DNA of 62,128 nucleotides, counting the filler, from Pirum gemmata (Eukaryota): NCBI GenBank assembly GCA_002812295.1. It is 15 parts of 15 records of this genome, joined end to end, with 100 filler letters (N's around TTAATTAATTAA, not from the genome) between each part and the next. Parts side by side here need not be neighbours in the genome. Positions count along the whole stretch, not along the records: positions 44,934 to 49,007 come from PDIN01001635.1; positions 49,108 to 53,118 come from PDIN01001636.1; positions 53,219 to 58,068 come from PDIN01001637.1; positions 58,169 to 62,128 come from PDIN01001638.1; 11 more parts are not named here. One strand, written 5' to 3'. The notes below the pieces were generated by a model. The model saw nothing but the letters and a program-made list of their open reading frames with translations, had not been told where the DNA came from and made no database searches. Positions 48,031 through 61,169 of this stretch are shown piece by piece (within the stretch, counting starts at the first letter, position 1; every line of letters begins with the position of its first letter). The position numbers and the translations under genes were made by a program.

Positions 48031-51000
48031 TGTTTAAAAATCGACAAATTATTATTATTATTAATTAATTTTATTATTATTGATTATTTTTATTATTAGT
48101 AATTATTTATATTATTAATTATTTTTATTATTATTAATTATTTTTATTATTATTAATTATTTTCATTATTATTAATTATTTTTATTTTTATTAATTATTT
48201 TTATTTTAGTTTAATTGTTATTAATCGATTATTAAATTATTATTATTGATTGATTATTGGGTTTGAGTCTGAGTTTCGGTTTTAGTTTTGGTTTTTAGTT
48301 TTTAGTTTTAGTTTGGGTTTGGGTTTGGGTTTTGGTTTTGGTTTTGGTTTTGGTTTTGGTTGTGGTTTTGGTTTTGGTTGTGGTTTTGGTTGTGATTGTG
48401 GTTTTGGTTTTGGTTTTGGTTTTGGCTTTGGTTTTGGTTTTGGTTTTGGTTTTGGTTTTGGTTATTAATAAAGGATAATACTGGTATGCAAAATATAACG
48501 ATATTAATGATAATGTTATTGATATTAATAATGATGTTGATATTGATAACTATATAGATATTGACACAAGGATAATGATACTATCCAAAACATAACGGTA
48601 TTAATAATGATAATGCTATTGATATTAAAAATGATGTTGACATTGGTATTGATATTGATATTGATATTGATATTGATATGGATATGGATATTGATGATAT
48701 TGATATTGATATTGATATGGATATTGACAAAGATGATAATACAAAATTTGGTTTTGGTTGCTTTGGTTGGTTAGGCTGTTTAAGTTGTTTTGTGCTTATA
48801 TATTACCAATCTCTTCTTTTTTTTCATATAAGAAAGTAGTATCGTAATAAGCAAAAATAGGTTTAGATTTTGCTAACATATAACCCATCTCAAAACTAGC
48901 ACCTACATCCATACTGGGACCTGGTTTCCGATAGAAAAACATTGTTAATTATAAAGAATAATAGGAATTTGAACATAATTATATTGTACGTATTATTTGG
49001 TCTATTANNNNNNNNNNNNNNNNNNNNNNNNNNNNNNNNNNNNNNNNNNNNTTAATTAATTAANNNNNNNNNNNNNNNNNNNNNNNNNNNNNNNNNNNNN
49101 NNNNNNNTGTTGTTGAGGCAAACTCGCGCAAACCAAGAAGCAAGAGGGAAACATTCTTCGCAAATGGTGGCTCGTTTGACTGCCAAAAAAAAGTCAATCG
49201 TAAAACAAAAAAAAAAAAAAAAAATGGGAACAAGGGGGTCAAATACCCCCCATTAGACCCCAATTTAAACCCGATCAAATGTAAAATACCCTTTTAAAAT
49301 TATACCCCCGAATTCCCCTTTTTGAAGGAAAGATAACACTGAGAGCGTTGGTTAAGTGTTGGCTACTATTCTAGCTAGCAAGGAGTATTAATAGGAAGTA
49401 GTGGTATTAGGGTTTAAAAATTATGGCCAGGGTTCTGTGACCCTGTTAGGGTTAGAGTAATGATTTTGGATAGAGTTAATTAAGGGTTAGGGTTAGGGTT
49501 AGGGCATGAAGCATGGTTAGAGTTGGGGTTAGAGAGCTGGTTAGAGTTAGAGTTAGAGTTTTAGAGTTAAGGTCAGAGTTAAGGCTAGGGTAGATCTGTT
49601 AGGGTTAGGGTTAGGGCTAGGGTTAGGGTTAGGATTTTAAGGTCAGGGTTAGGGTGCTGTTTCGTGTGTTCAATATTTATCCATTAATTTATTCATTAAA
49701 ATTTATTCATTAAAATTCTTTCATTAATTAAGATTTATTCACTATTTATTCATTAATTTATAAAATGTTATTCGTTAAATTTTTATTAAAAAATTTTTGT
49801 TTATTTATTTATATATGATAACCAAGGACTTCAAAAAAAAAACTTTTTTAAAGTCCTTGTGATATTATTGATATTATTAAAAAAATAGCTGAAAAAAGTT
49901 CTGAACAAAGTGAACTAAATGGAGAAAAAGCTATGATTGCTGGAGGGAGAAAAAGTAGTGAAAAAGCAGCTGAAAATTTAAAAGTAGTGAAAAAGTATTG
50001 AAAAGGTGCAGGAAAATAGCTAGGAAAATAGCCAGGAAAAAGTTAGGAAAATCAGTAAAATAAACAAATAAAGATATATGAGGCCTAAATAAGGCCACTT
50101 TGGCCGTGAAAAAAATGCTTCTTCCTGAAGTTCCAACTTCCGCTTCTAACTTTCAACCGGGGGAAAAAAACACTTTCAGCCAGACCAACTCCTGCTTCAA
50201 ACAACAGTCCAACTCCTCTTTCTAACTATATACAAGACTCTTGTTATTTATAATATTATGATAGCTAGCTAGTAGATATCTGCTGCCTACACCTTACGCG
50301 TATAAGTGTAAATATCTACTATTGTAGTTAATAATTTTAAACGGATACAATTTGAACATGATTATAATTTTATTAAAATGCCATATTAAAATCGAAGGGA
50401 TACAGACATGAGTCCTACCACGGTCACAAAGTAGTATCGTGATTTTCAGTTGTATAAATCCATTTCATTCAATTTTGTATATTTTATTAGAAAAATGTCG
50501 ACTTATTATTATAACCAACCAAATAAATATTCAGAGTGACAAAATAAATGAAAAGCACAATAGTAGTCTTGGATGAGCTATAGACCCCCCCCCCTCCCCC
50601 TCCTCTGGATATTATAATGACACCCTATGATACTACTATCTGATACTGCTAGTCCCGGGTCTAACTAGCTAGGGTTGGTCTAGCTAGATCTATGAGCCCT
50701 ACAAAATATGTAGTTAAACTATCTACCCCTAACCCTAACCCTAACCCTAACCCTAACCCTAACCCTAACCTAGTGTTATTAATTAACTATTATGATATTA
50801 ATTATAATGGTAGAAGAGTGTAGAAGTCTTATTTTTCAGAATTTAGCAGGGCTGCTACAGTGCTGCTACTAGCTAGATCGTGTTTTTCGATAGTGTTGTA
50901 CAGTTCAAAAACTGAAATAATATTATACCAAATATTAATTATTATTATGGTTGAACTATATCAGACATAGTTTAATTAATTTGGCATTTTATAATTAAAA

Positions 51001-52366
51001 TGTTGTATTTTATAAACAAGTTCAATTATACATCAATTATACTTATTAAACAGTGCCAAATTAAAGATTGAGAGGACAACTGTAACAATGAAATATATAG
51101 ACTGTAGTCTTACAAAACAACAGAAACTACAGATGGCCCCCTTGTAATAAACTAGCTATCTCTGTAATTAGTCTCCCGGAGACAATTGATGATTGATCTC
51201 ACTAATTGCGACAAAGGCCATAACTGCAAAATCTGCCATGAGCTCAAAATCTGACGAAATCTTAAAATCCTCCAATTTTAATGAAAGAAAGTACCTAAGA
51301 AAGTACTATCAAAATTTCAGGAACGGTCTAAATACTGGGTCTAAATAACTCTATTATGAACCAATGGCCAATTTTTAAAAACAATTTGGCTAGTAGTTGT
51401 CATAGTAGCTGGGCAGCCGATTTTTAAGAGTCTAAACGGGAACTAAAAAAATGACAAATTCCCACGGTCCCACCCTCTCATAGACCTAGTCTATTTATAT
51501 AGTCTGTGTTTTAGAGTGTGTGGATTTTATATTCATATGACATAGTAGCAAAATTTTGCATCTTTTCAAGTCAATAATAAGGAAAATGTTTGAATAATAT
51601 TATTTTCCATAGCTATTTCCATAGCTATTTCCAGCTCTATTTCCATAGTATTTCCATCGACTTTCCATCGCCTCTTTCAAATTCAATACGGTGACAATAC
51701 CACAAAGAAAATTTGATTTGTGGCACCAAACGGGGGTTTATAACTTTATATAATAACTATCATAATAAGTCTTTTTGCAGGTCATATATCTAAGTAAAAT
51801 TTCAGAAAATTTTTAAAAATATAGTAAATACCATTTTTAATAATAAAGTTACTATAAAACACTATATTAAGTAATACTCTTACTATAAAAAGAGCTTTTA
51901 TTTTGAATATAGTAAATACCATTTTAATAATAAAGTTACTATGAAATACTATATTAAGTAACACTCTTACTATAAAAAGAACTTTTATTTTGAAGTTTAT
52001 TATAATAAACCTTAGTTTGGAAATCTTTTCTAACTAACTATGATACCGCTGTCACTGGCTAGCTAGCTAGTAGTAGCTAGTTAGACTATCGACTCATTTA
52101 TCTTTATATATAATAAGACCTAACAGTCATAGCCTCGTAGGAGTTTCTCGTTAGGTCTCATGGTTTATTTCATTATCTTTAATTTGGTAGCGTTTAAGTG
52201 TATAATTGAACTTGTATATAAAATACAACATTAAGTATAAAATACCAAATTAATTAAAACATACCTGATAGCTTTTAACAACTACCCGTATAATGTATTT
52301 CAGTTTTTGAACTAGACAGGACAAAAACACGCTAATAAAAAGTAGTCTCATATTAAGAGCCCCATA

Positions 52367-52679
52367 TCGTGCTTTTCAGTTGTTTTGTCATCAAAAAACA
52401 TACAATAAAGAGTACCAAATTAATACAACACAAATCCATTTCATTTAATTTGGTATATTTTACTATCTATATATTCATTTAAGAATGTCAATTTTAATAT
52501 TATAACCAACCAAATAAATATTTACAATAAATAGTACCAAATTAATACAAAATAAATCCATTAAACTTAATTTGGTATATTTTATTATCTAAGTATTGAT
52601 TTTAAAATGTCAATGTAAAGAGTATAACCCTCCCAATAAATATTAAATTTTAGAGGAACAAAATAAATGAAAATCACGA
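52367..52679 (-). mobile_element. Family A MITE with both TA flanks and an internal duplication; further copies at 30476-30654, 33817-33954, 35227-35412, 40298-40489, 50437-50560, 52715-52865, 57019-57141, 57838-58039
   Basis: TA|TCGTGCTTTTCA...TGAAAATCACGA|TA; TA duplication suggests the Tc1/mariner superfamily. Confidence 0.82.
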
Positions 52680-53325
52680 TATTATTAATATTATATTATC
52701 AGATATTATCATGATGCTTTTCAGTTGTTTTGTCATTATAAAATATTCAATAAAGAGTACCAAATTAATATCATATAAATCCATTTTATTTAATTTGGTA
52801 TATTTTATAATCTAATTATTAATTTAAAAATATCAATTTAAATATTATAACCAACCAAATAAATATATATTGGTAGTAATAGACCCAGGGCCTACTAGCT
52901 AGTAGTAGCTAGCTAGCTAGCTAGTCTAGTAGTATTGATAGACTAGACTAGTATACGTAGTGCAGGATAGTAGTGTAAAGAGCTGTAAAGTGCAGGTGTA
53001 GTAGTACCTGGTGTACCCTGAGATAGTCTACCGATAGTCTACTCTAGACTAGGACTTAAGGAGTTCTTGAAAGAAAAAAAAAAAGTTGAAATCATACTGA
53101 TTATTATTATTATTATTANNNNNNNNNNNNNNNNNNNNNNNNNNNNNNNNNNNNNNNNNNNNTTAATTAATTAANNNNNNNNNNNNNNNNNNNNNNNNNN
53201 NNNNNNNNNNNNNNNNNNATAATAATAATAATAATAATAATAACACTTAACAAAGCAATAGCAAAAACCACACGGTATTATTAATACCAATACAATAACA
53301 ACAACAAACAAAAAAAGTAATAACA

Positions 53326-53779
53326 ATGTCAGTAATGGATTTATTAGAAAAGCGTCGTTTACGACAGTTGAGTTTAAATAACACTTCCACTTACAAGCAA
53401 ACTTACAGTTCGTTGTTCTTTTTTGTAATTATGGGACAACTTATGTATTATTGTGTGTTCGTGAACCCTCCTGGCCAAACTGCTTTAAATAGTCCCGAAG
53501 ACAACCCTTTAATCAATCCTCACTTTTACGAAAGTGAATTGAAATATCAACAATTACATAACAACAATAACAACGACTTTAATAATATACAAGACAATAA
53601 TGATAATGACCTTAATCTTAATGATGATTTAGTTGATGAAGGTATAGAGGAGTTTGGTATTGCTAAGCCTAAATATATATTATACCGTGCAATTGGTAAT
53701 GATTTACCTCCTAGGCACGCCGTAGGACAATGTTATGATAATGTTAAATTTATTCTGGAGAACGAAAAACCTTTAGAAG
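53326..53779 (+). CDS. First exon of a type II membrane, possibly glycosyltransferase-like protein
   Basis: N-terminal TM, stem, then YILYRAIGNDLPPRH..GQ...NV.FILENE block; GAAG|GTATTG donor. Confidence 0.7.
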
Positions 53780-53784
53780 GTATT

Positions 53785-54140
53785 GACCCTAACCCTAACC
53801 CTAACCCTAACCCTAACCGTAGCCGTAACCGTAACCCTCACCCTAACCTTAACCCTGGCCTTGGCGCTAACCCTCACCCTAACCTTAACCCTGACCTTGA
53901 CCCTAACCTTGACCCTGACCTTGACCCTAACCTTGTCCCTGACCTTGTCCCTAACCTTGCCCCTAACCTTGACTTTAACCTTAACCTTANCTAACCCTAA
54001 CCCTAACCCTAACCCTAACCCTAACCCTAACCCTAACCCTAACCCTAACCCTAACCCTAACCCTAACCCTAACCCTAACCCTAACCCTATTCCTAACTAG
54101 AACTATAACTATAACCCTAACACTAACTATAACCCTAAAC
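53785..54140 (+). repeat. (CCCTAA)n and variant hexamers at the start of the intron; other short arrays at 20361-20390, 38897-38925, 49483-49635, 50727-50772
   Basis: Direct reading. Confidence 0.9.
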
Positions 54141-54188
54141 TATAACGATAACCACGACAAGTTTGTAATTGAACGAAATAGAGTTTAA

Positions 54189-55110
54189 TGTGTGAACGAA
54201 AAAATTTTTAATAATAAGTTTGATGGATTTTGTACTTATTGGTCAGCGTTGATGGTTTTAGCTCGAATACTAAACCCAAACCTTTTAATAACTCAAGTTC
54301 AATATAAGCTAAAGGAATACTTACAAGATTATAGAACTGAAAAATTATTAGAATTATTTAAAAAAATAGGTTACATTGTTTCTTTAAGACTAAAAAATTC
54401 ATCGACATATAAAAAAAGTCAAAATATTTTGTTTTGTGAATCACAAGAAGAAAAAATTATAAAAAAAATGAAAAATATTTTAAAAAAATATGATAGTACC
54501 AATAATAAAAAAAATGTTAAAATTAAGTGTGAAAAATACTTATCAGGTGTTGGAACATTTCAAATGAAAAATTAAAATAAAATTTTATTAAGATATCTGG
54601 AAAAATATAATAAATTTACAATATCACAATTAAATAATCGTTGTCTTTTTAAATTTTTCACTTCAATTATTATAAATAGTAAAGACGATAAATTTTATTT
54701 TGTATCAAAATCAAAATCAAAATCAAAATCAAAATCAATATTTTATTTAACTTTTAATAATAATTATGATATACCAATTGAATTTTTTGAAAATATTCAA
54801 AGAATAAAATGGTATAATAATACAATTACCTGTTTTGGAAAAAAGACCTTCAACAGCATCATCTTCAACAACAGCATCATCTTCAACAACAGCATCATCT
54901 TCAACAACAGCATCATCTTCAACAACAGCAGAATCACCACCTTTAATAACAACAACACCAGAAACAACAGCAACAACAATAGAAAAAAAGGCAGAAAAGA
55001 AAGAAGAAAAAAAGGCAGAAAAGAAAGAATTTAATGATTTATTCTTTTGGCATTATCTGAGAAATAATATACAAGAACCAAGATATAGTTATCGTTTTCT
55101 TTATATGTAA
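54189..55110 (+). pseudogene. Disrupted virus-like ORF with a GFC..WS motif (putative cysteine-protease fragment)
   Basis: DGFCTYWSALMVLARILNP; same frame reopens after TAA 54573-54575 to 55034; 18-bp x4 repeat at ~54850-54930. Confidence 0.4.
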
Positions 55111-55141
55111 GTTCGAATAGTAATATTAAATAAATAATAAA

Positions 55142-55600
55142 TTATGCCAAAAATGGTTCAAATTGCAATGCTAATGGAGTACGAACAGGTGCCGCAATAC
55201 CAAACAAACGTACAATTCCATCACCAGCACACACAGTGGAGTCTAATTCAGAATCAGTACCTTGGAAACAAATTTTAGCTTTGTTCCAATTATCAGCCCC
55301 ATACACACTACCACTCATGTCAATATTAATGTCGGTTAGTTTTTGTATACCGGGAACTTGATACGGTTTACCGATAAAGGCACCCGTTCTTCGTTTTCCC
55401 GCTGGGCAATATTGGACATTTGTACCACACAACTGATGTATGGAAGAGCCACTGAAATCAGCAACCCAAACCATATCATTTCCATCTACAGCAATACCCC
55501 AAGGACCGTCCATATTTTTATGATGAAATTGATTAAGAAAAGTTCCATTTGGTGCATACAAAAAGACACTTCTACCTCCGAAAGAAGCCACCCAAGCATA
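55142..55600 (-). CDS. C-terminal part of a bacterial-like NHL-repeat beta-propeller (last exon or truncated gene)
   Basis: AWVASFG...GPWGIAVDGNDMVWVADF...LCG...CP.G...IDMSGSVYGADNW...STVCAGDG...FGIAAPVRTP. Confidence 0.75.
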   Translation of the reverse strand, partial: YAWVASFGGRSVFLYAPNGTFLNQFHHKNMDGPWGIAVDGNDMVWVADFSGSSIHQLCGTNVQYCPAGKRRTGAFIGKPYQVPGIQKLTDINIDMSGSVYGADNWNKAKICFQGTDSELDSTVCAGDGIVRLFGIAAPVRTPLALQFEPFLA

Positions 55601-56167
55601 TTATATTACATATATAACACAATTAAATTTTATTATGTATACGTAGTATTATAATTATTATTAGTCCTAACTCTGATTCTTATTAAAATACGAAATATAG
55701 GGACCCGAAAGCAAAGTTTTTTCGGGGCCCGACTTTTTATTTATCGGACCGGAGTCTGACTGTTTACAAATAGCATCGTATATCAGATAAAAGTAGGGGT
55801 GAGATGACGTCATTTTATTATTATCGAACAGCTGCCGGAACTTTTTCGATTTTATGTTTTATTACTATTAATGTTAATATTATTAATTTAATTAGTATCT
55901 ATTATAATTAAATTTACTATTTTAAGTTATTTAACTGCTATAATTAGTAAGAACAAGGAACTAAGGTTGGCTCGATAAGCATCTGTTCGAAAAAAGTTCC
56001 AGTAGATATCTCACCCCTACCCAGTTTTTAAAAAATAATTTTATTTACAAGGGTCAACAATATGTTGTACTAAAAATTACATATTCTAGTACTATATTAT
56101 TATTATTATAATAATCGTGTGAATTTTAATAGGGGATTTTTTCCCTAGGCCCTAACCCTAACCCTAA

Positions 56168-56527
56168 GGGAGCGTTCAATAATTACGTAACGCTGGGGGG
56201 TTGGTAGGAGGGGGTCGGATTTTTGTGACAGGCCGTGACGCAGTAGGGGGGGTAGGTTTTCGTAATATGACATAACGCAAAAAAAATATATATATCCCTA
56301 TATATATATATAACATGAGGGGTAATTTAGGGTACTATTTTTTCAAAATCGTTACGAGGCATCTCCTCTCTGCTTGTAATAATATCATAAATAATAATAA
56401 CCAACTTTAGTCTACAAGAGGCAAATCTCATTTTTATTTCTTTTTTTTGCACACCACACCAGGTCAAACGCAGTAGTAGGGTAGGTTTTCGTCCCAAATC
56501 GGCGTTACGTAATTATTGAACGATCCC
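56168..56527 (+). mobile_element. 360-bp Harbinger-type MITE with 26-bp TIR and TAA TSD, inserted in CCCTAA repeats
   Basis: TAA|GGGAGCGTTCAATAATTACGTAACGC...GCGTTACGTAATTATTGAACGATCCC|TAA (25/26 match). Confidence 0.88.
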
Positions 56528-56630
56528 TAACCCTAAAACTTGGACAAGTTAATTAGTAAGCATTTTTGGATTTTTGTCTGAGAAAAATTTCGGGCCCGAC
56601 CGACCAAATGCCCAGAACTTGGGCCAGAAG

Positions 56631-56870
56631 AGGAGGGATGAGATGACGTCATCTTACTAATTGGATGCTCGGACCGGCGAACTTCCAGAAATTTGCATAA
56701 AGTTACTATAAATAGTATAATAAACTCTTTTTAAAGTAACTNACTACTTAAATAAGTAGCTACTAAATAAATAATTATAAATACTAAATATGGTAAAGCG
56801 AAACAGGCGAACAACATTTACTTTGTGCCTCGGTCAAAAAAGTTCGCCATAAGAGTTCTCACCCCTCCTG
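56631..56870 (+). mobile_element. MITE family C, related to B; others at 30183-30396, 57275-57462 (-), diverged ~31140-31336
   Basis: AGGAGGGATGAGATGACGTCAT...TCTCACCCCTCCT. Confidence 0.75.
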
Positions 56871-58168
56871 CCAGAAGTATGTATCTTATTACAAACAAAA
56901 TAATGGAGTATTTATACTTTTTATAGTATTTATGGTGCCTTTCTCTGCATTATACGATGACGTAGAACATTACGTACGTCATAACTACTACTACTGCTTC
57001 TGCTATAGTATCATTATTGTGCTTTTCATTTATTTTGTCACTCTGAATATTTATTTGGTTGTTTATAATATTTGAATTGATACTTTTAAATAAATAAATA
57101 TATAATAAAATATACCAAATTAAATGAAATGGATTTATATTNNNNNNNNNNNNNNNNNNNNNNNNNNNNNNNNNNNNNNNNNNNNNNNNNNNNNNNNNNN
57201 NNNNNNNNNNNNNNNNNNNNNNNNNNNNNNNNNNNNNNNNNNNNNNNNNNNNNNNNNNNNNNNNNNNNNNNNNNAGTAAATGTTGTTCGCCTGTTTCGCC
57301 TTACCATATTTAGTATTTGTAATTATTTATTTAGTAACTACCTATTTAAGTAGTTACTTTAAAAAGAGTTTATTATACTATTTATAATAACTTTAGGAAA
57401 ATTTCTGGAAGTTCGCCGGTCCGAGCATCCAATTGATAAGATGACGTCATCTCATCCCTCCTATATAAAAATATCATTTCACACAAAAAAAATCTAAAAA
57501 CATCCTAGCTAGCTAGAACCTCCCATCTTTTTTATTCTAATAATTAAAAGTTCCACCATTTTTTTTACGTTCGGAAATTACAAATCTATTAAATAATTAT
57601 TACATTGTTTATGTTCGAAAATTGAAAATTCTAGTGAAACCCAAAAAGTTGGACGTTTTTAAAAATTGTTTGCGCAATAGAAAATTTTGTTTGTTGCTAG
57701 GCTAGGGCCCATTTTTGGGAATATTTGGGAAACTTGAATAAAAAATTGCGCATGTTCCTTTTCCGCCCGCACATTCGCATTTTATTGATCTTTAGTTAGT
57801 CCTTTTTCCGCCCGCACATTCGCATTTTATTGATCTTTAGTTGTTTTGTCATCATTAAATTTTTATGATATAAACATTAAATGCACAATAAAAATTACCA
57901 AATTTAATTAATACAATATAAATCCATTTTATTTAATTTGGTACACTTTATTATATATTTATTAATTTAAAATTATCAATTTAAATATTATAACCAACAA
58001 AATAAATATTCAGAGTGACAAAATAAATGAAAAGCACAATAATAATTATTATCGATAACTTGCAATTGNNNNNNNNNNNNNNNNNNNNNNNNNNNNNNNN
58101 NNNNNNNNNNNNTTAATTAATTAANNNNNNNNNNNNNNNNNNNNNNNNNNNNNNNNNNNNNNNNNNNN

Positions 58169-58387
58169 CGATTTTTTCAATATCGAATCTATATCGATTG
58201 GCGTTTTTGATAATATCGATAGACTATCGATGTTTTCTTATAGTAAGTTTTGCAGGTATAAGTGACGGATTAGTGAAAGTCAGAAAAATGGGTTTTTAAT
58301 CGAAAAAATATCGATCTGATTTTTTGAGATTCGATATATATCGAAAAAATATCGATAGCCGAATTTGGTCATCGATACCAAACACTA
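58169..58387 (-). mobile_element. End of a hAT-like element with ATCGA(T)-rich subterminal repeats
   Basis: TAGTGTTTG terminus on the minus strand; dense ATCGA motifs; other end lost at the contig edge. Confidence 0.4.
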
Positions 58388-58890
58388 AGCACACTAGCCA
58401 GCTAGCTAGTAGAGACCTACATACTAGAGAGTAGTACATACTAGTAGTAGCTAGCTAGTAGAGGCCGGCTAGCTAGAGTAGATATGAATAAGGATGGAGT
58501 GGAGTGGACGGAGCCTGGAGGCTCTGACTTTTTAAAAAAACACCAATAGGCTCTAAACGAAAGTGATAAAATATTGATACCACTATTCATTGGTCAAACT
58601 TTTAAAATTAGGTTGCAAATATGCATAGCTTCACAAAAAGCACAAAAAGCACTTTTTTTATTTTTTGTACTAGACTAGTCTAGATTTTTTGTAAACTAAA
58701 ACGATGTATTTCCTCAAAATGTCAACCTTATCTTATTAGAAGAAAACGACATTTTACAAAATAACCAATATATACAATTAGATAATTTAGCCATTTCGGC
58801 ATTAATTGGTATGATATGTGTTGGATGTGTGTTTTTATACAAGAAACTACATGCAACAAGTAGTTTAGTATTATATATAATCTAGAAACA

Positions 58891-59330
58891 ATGGAAAATC
58901 TAGGGGTGTTTAAAACTCGAGCTTCCCAGCAAGTCAAGAAGAAAACTACAACAGGCTAGAAAGAAAAATAATGAATATAATGGAAACACCCAAAAAATCG
59001 AGAGCTTTATATTTATTAGAAAGAATGAATCTAGCAAACGCTTTAATGTTAGCAAAATCTCAATATTCCATGAACATCACCTTTATACCAGATAAGCTAC
59101 TTCAACGCCAACAAAAAATCACAATCTTTTTTACCACCAACAACCAATTTACACAAGACAATATCAAAACTCCCAAAAACAGGCAACAATATGATCAATC
59201 TCATAACAAGGAGAAATTTACAACCTTATCAAAAAATTTCAACACATTTTCACCTTCAATACAACAAACAATATTAATCACAGCAACTCTTGCTGGTCAA
59301 CTTGCTTCCTCAACAACTACAGCTTGCTTT
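58891..59330 (+). pseudogene. Degenerate L1/Tx1-clade non-LTR retrotransposon ORF2 fragment (post-RT region)
   Basis: NLGV / frameshift / ENYNRLERKI...KSRALYLLERMNLANALMLAKSQY...IP resembles the YLGV...WK...LS..GR..L.N...LSK..Y pattern. Confidence 0.6.
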
Positions 59331-60139
59331 AATACAAACAAAAAATAAAATTTCTTTTTCTATCATAAAAAAAAAAATCTACTAGCCAGCTGAGGCTATC
59401 GTGATGGACAAAAATGGTCTATCGTGAAGATTCGTGATGGACTAAACCTACGTGGACTATCATATAAACTAGTAGCATAACTGGTCTACTTGAAAAATAG
59501 CCCTGTTTTCCTGTCTACGATATCATAGGTTATAAAAAAGGAGGAGCAGCTTGCCAGCATCACAATATTTTATATATTTATGTTATAATATTATCTATAC
59601 TTGGTAAAGTTGTATTTTGTCGATTTAAATTCGTTTCACAATATTTTGGTATGGGTTAATAATTTGATTGTCGTTAGGTTCTAATTTGACTTGTCTTTTC
59701 GTAGAAATACCATAATATAGCCTATCGATATATTATATTTAATATCATATAGACACTTTATGCCACAAAAGTGCAAAATTGTGCGAATACCGGCACTTTT
59801 GATAAAAAGTGCCAGCTTTGGAATAGTTTCAACAGACAAAAACAGAGATGTAAAGCTAAAGCTGTGGTCCCAGATCAAGACGGGAGCGAGATACAAAAAC
59901 AAACGAGATATTAATACAAATAACAGGTAAAGTAAAGAACACCACCCCCAAGAGAATTATTTCCTTAGCGATAAAGCTGTAGAGGTTGCTTTAATTATTG
60001 ACTGTAAGTATGTACCAAGCAGAAAAGGGATTTAGATGGGTCTATTTATTTGCTAAGGCTAGCTGCTAGCTGCTAGCTAGAGTAGTTCAACTTTACCGGG
60101 TAGAGTTCAATTAATATTTTAATACTCACGTTAATTCTA

Positions 60140-60970
60140 ATTCTAATATAATAATAGTAATAGTAATAGTAATGATAATATTAATACTAATACTAATAGT
60201 AATATATTAATAGAAATAGAAATAGAAATAGAAGTAGTAATATTAATATTAATTCTAATAGTAATAGTAATAGTAATAGTAATGATAATACTAATACTAA
60301 TAGTAATATATTAATAGAAATAGAAATAGAAGTAGAAGTAGTAATATTAATATTAATAGTAATTGTAATAGTAATATTAATACTAATAGTAATATTATTA
60401 GTAATACTAATACTACGAATACTAACACTAATTAATACTAATAGTAATACCAATACCAATACTAATACCAATACCAATACTGATACTAATATTAATACTA
60501 ATAATAATACTAATACTAATACCAATACTAATACTAATACTAATACCGGTACAAATACTAATACTAATATTAATTAATACTAATACTAATAATACCAATA
60601 CTAATAAATACTATAACTAATTAATATACTAATACTAATTAATGCTAATACCAATAATAATACTGATACTAATACTAATACTAATACTAATAATACCAAT
60701 ATTTAATACTAATAAATACTATAACTAGTTAATATACTAATACTAATTATGCTAATACCAATAATAATACTGATACTAATACTAATACTAATTTCGATAC
60801 TAATACCAATTACAAGGCTATTATAATTACTAATGCCAATGCTAATAATGATAATAATACTAATACTAATATTAAAATACTAATACTAAGACTAAGTAAG
60901 ACTAAGACTTAGACTAAGACTAAGACTAAGGCTGAGACTAAGACTAAGGCTGAGACTAAGACTAATACTA
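60140..60970. repeat. AT-rich hexamer microsatellites (AATAGT, AATACT, GACTAA)
   Basis: Direct reading. Confidence 0.85.
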
Positions 60971-61169
60971 CATCTTCGGAACTCGCACAAATAGTCTTTA
61001 CTATACAGCAAACATCAAAGTTCCCGGGACTGGGAATTCAAATAAAAGAAAGGCGGGCTCATCAACCATAACACAGTACATGTCTTCTAAAAGGCCTAAG
61101 AATACTCTAAGAATACTAATAGTCTAGTGTTAATGCTTTAAAAGTATGCTACAAACCAATCAATCCGTT

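Noticed and set aside
51810..51990. ~84-bp tandem duplication; similar short duplications at 57756-57843 and 47578-47840
   Set aside because: Local duplications with no further signal
3961..58168. Regularly spaced TTAATTAATTAA palindromes and apparent clustering of viral relics, Fanzor and XBP1
   Set aside because: Assembly linkers; the contigs are unlinked. For example the Zn-finger ORF and Fanzor are separated by the linker at 28455
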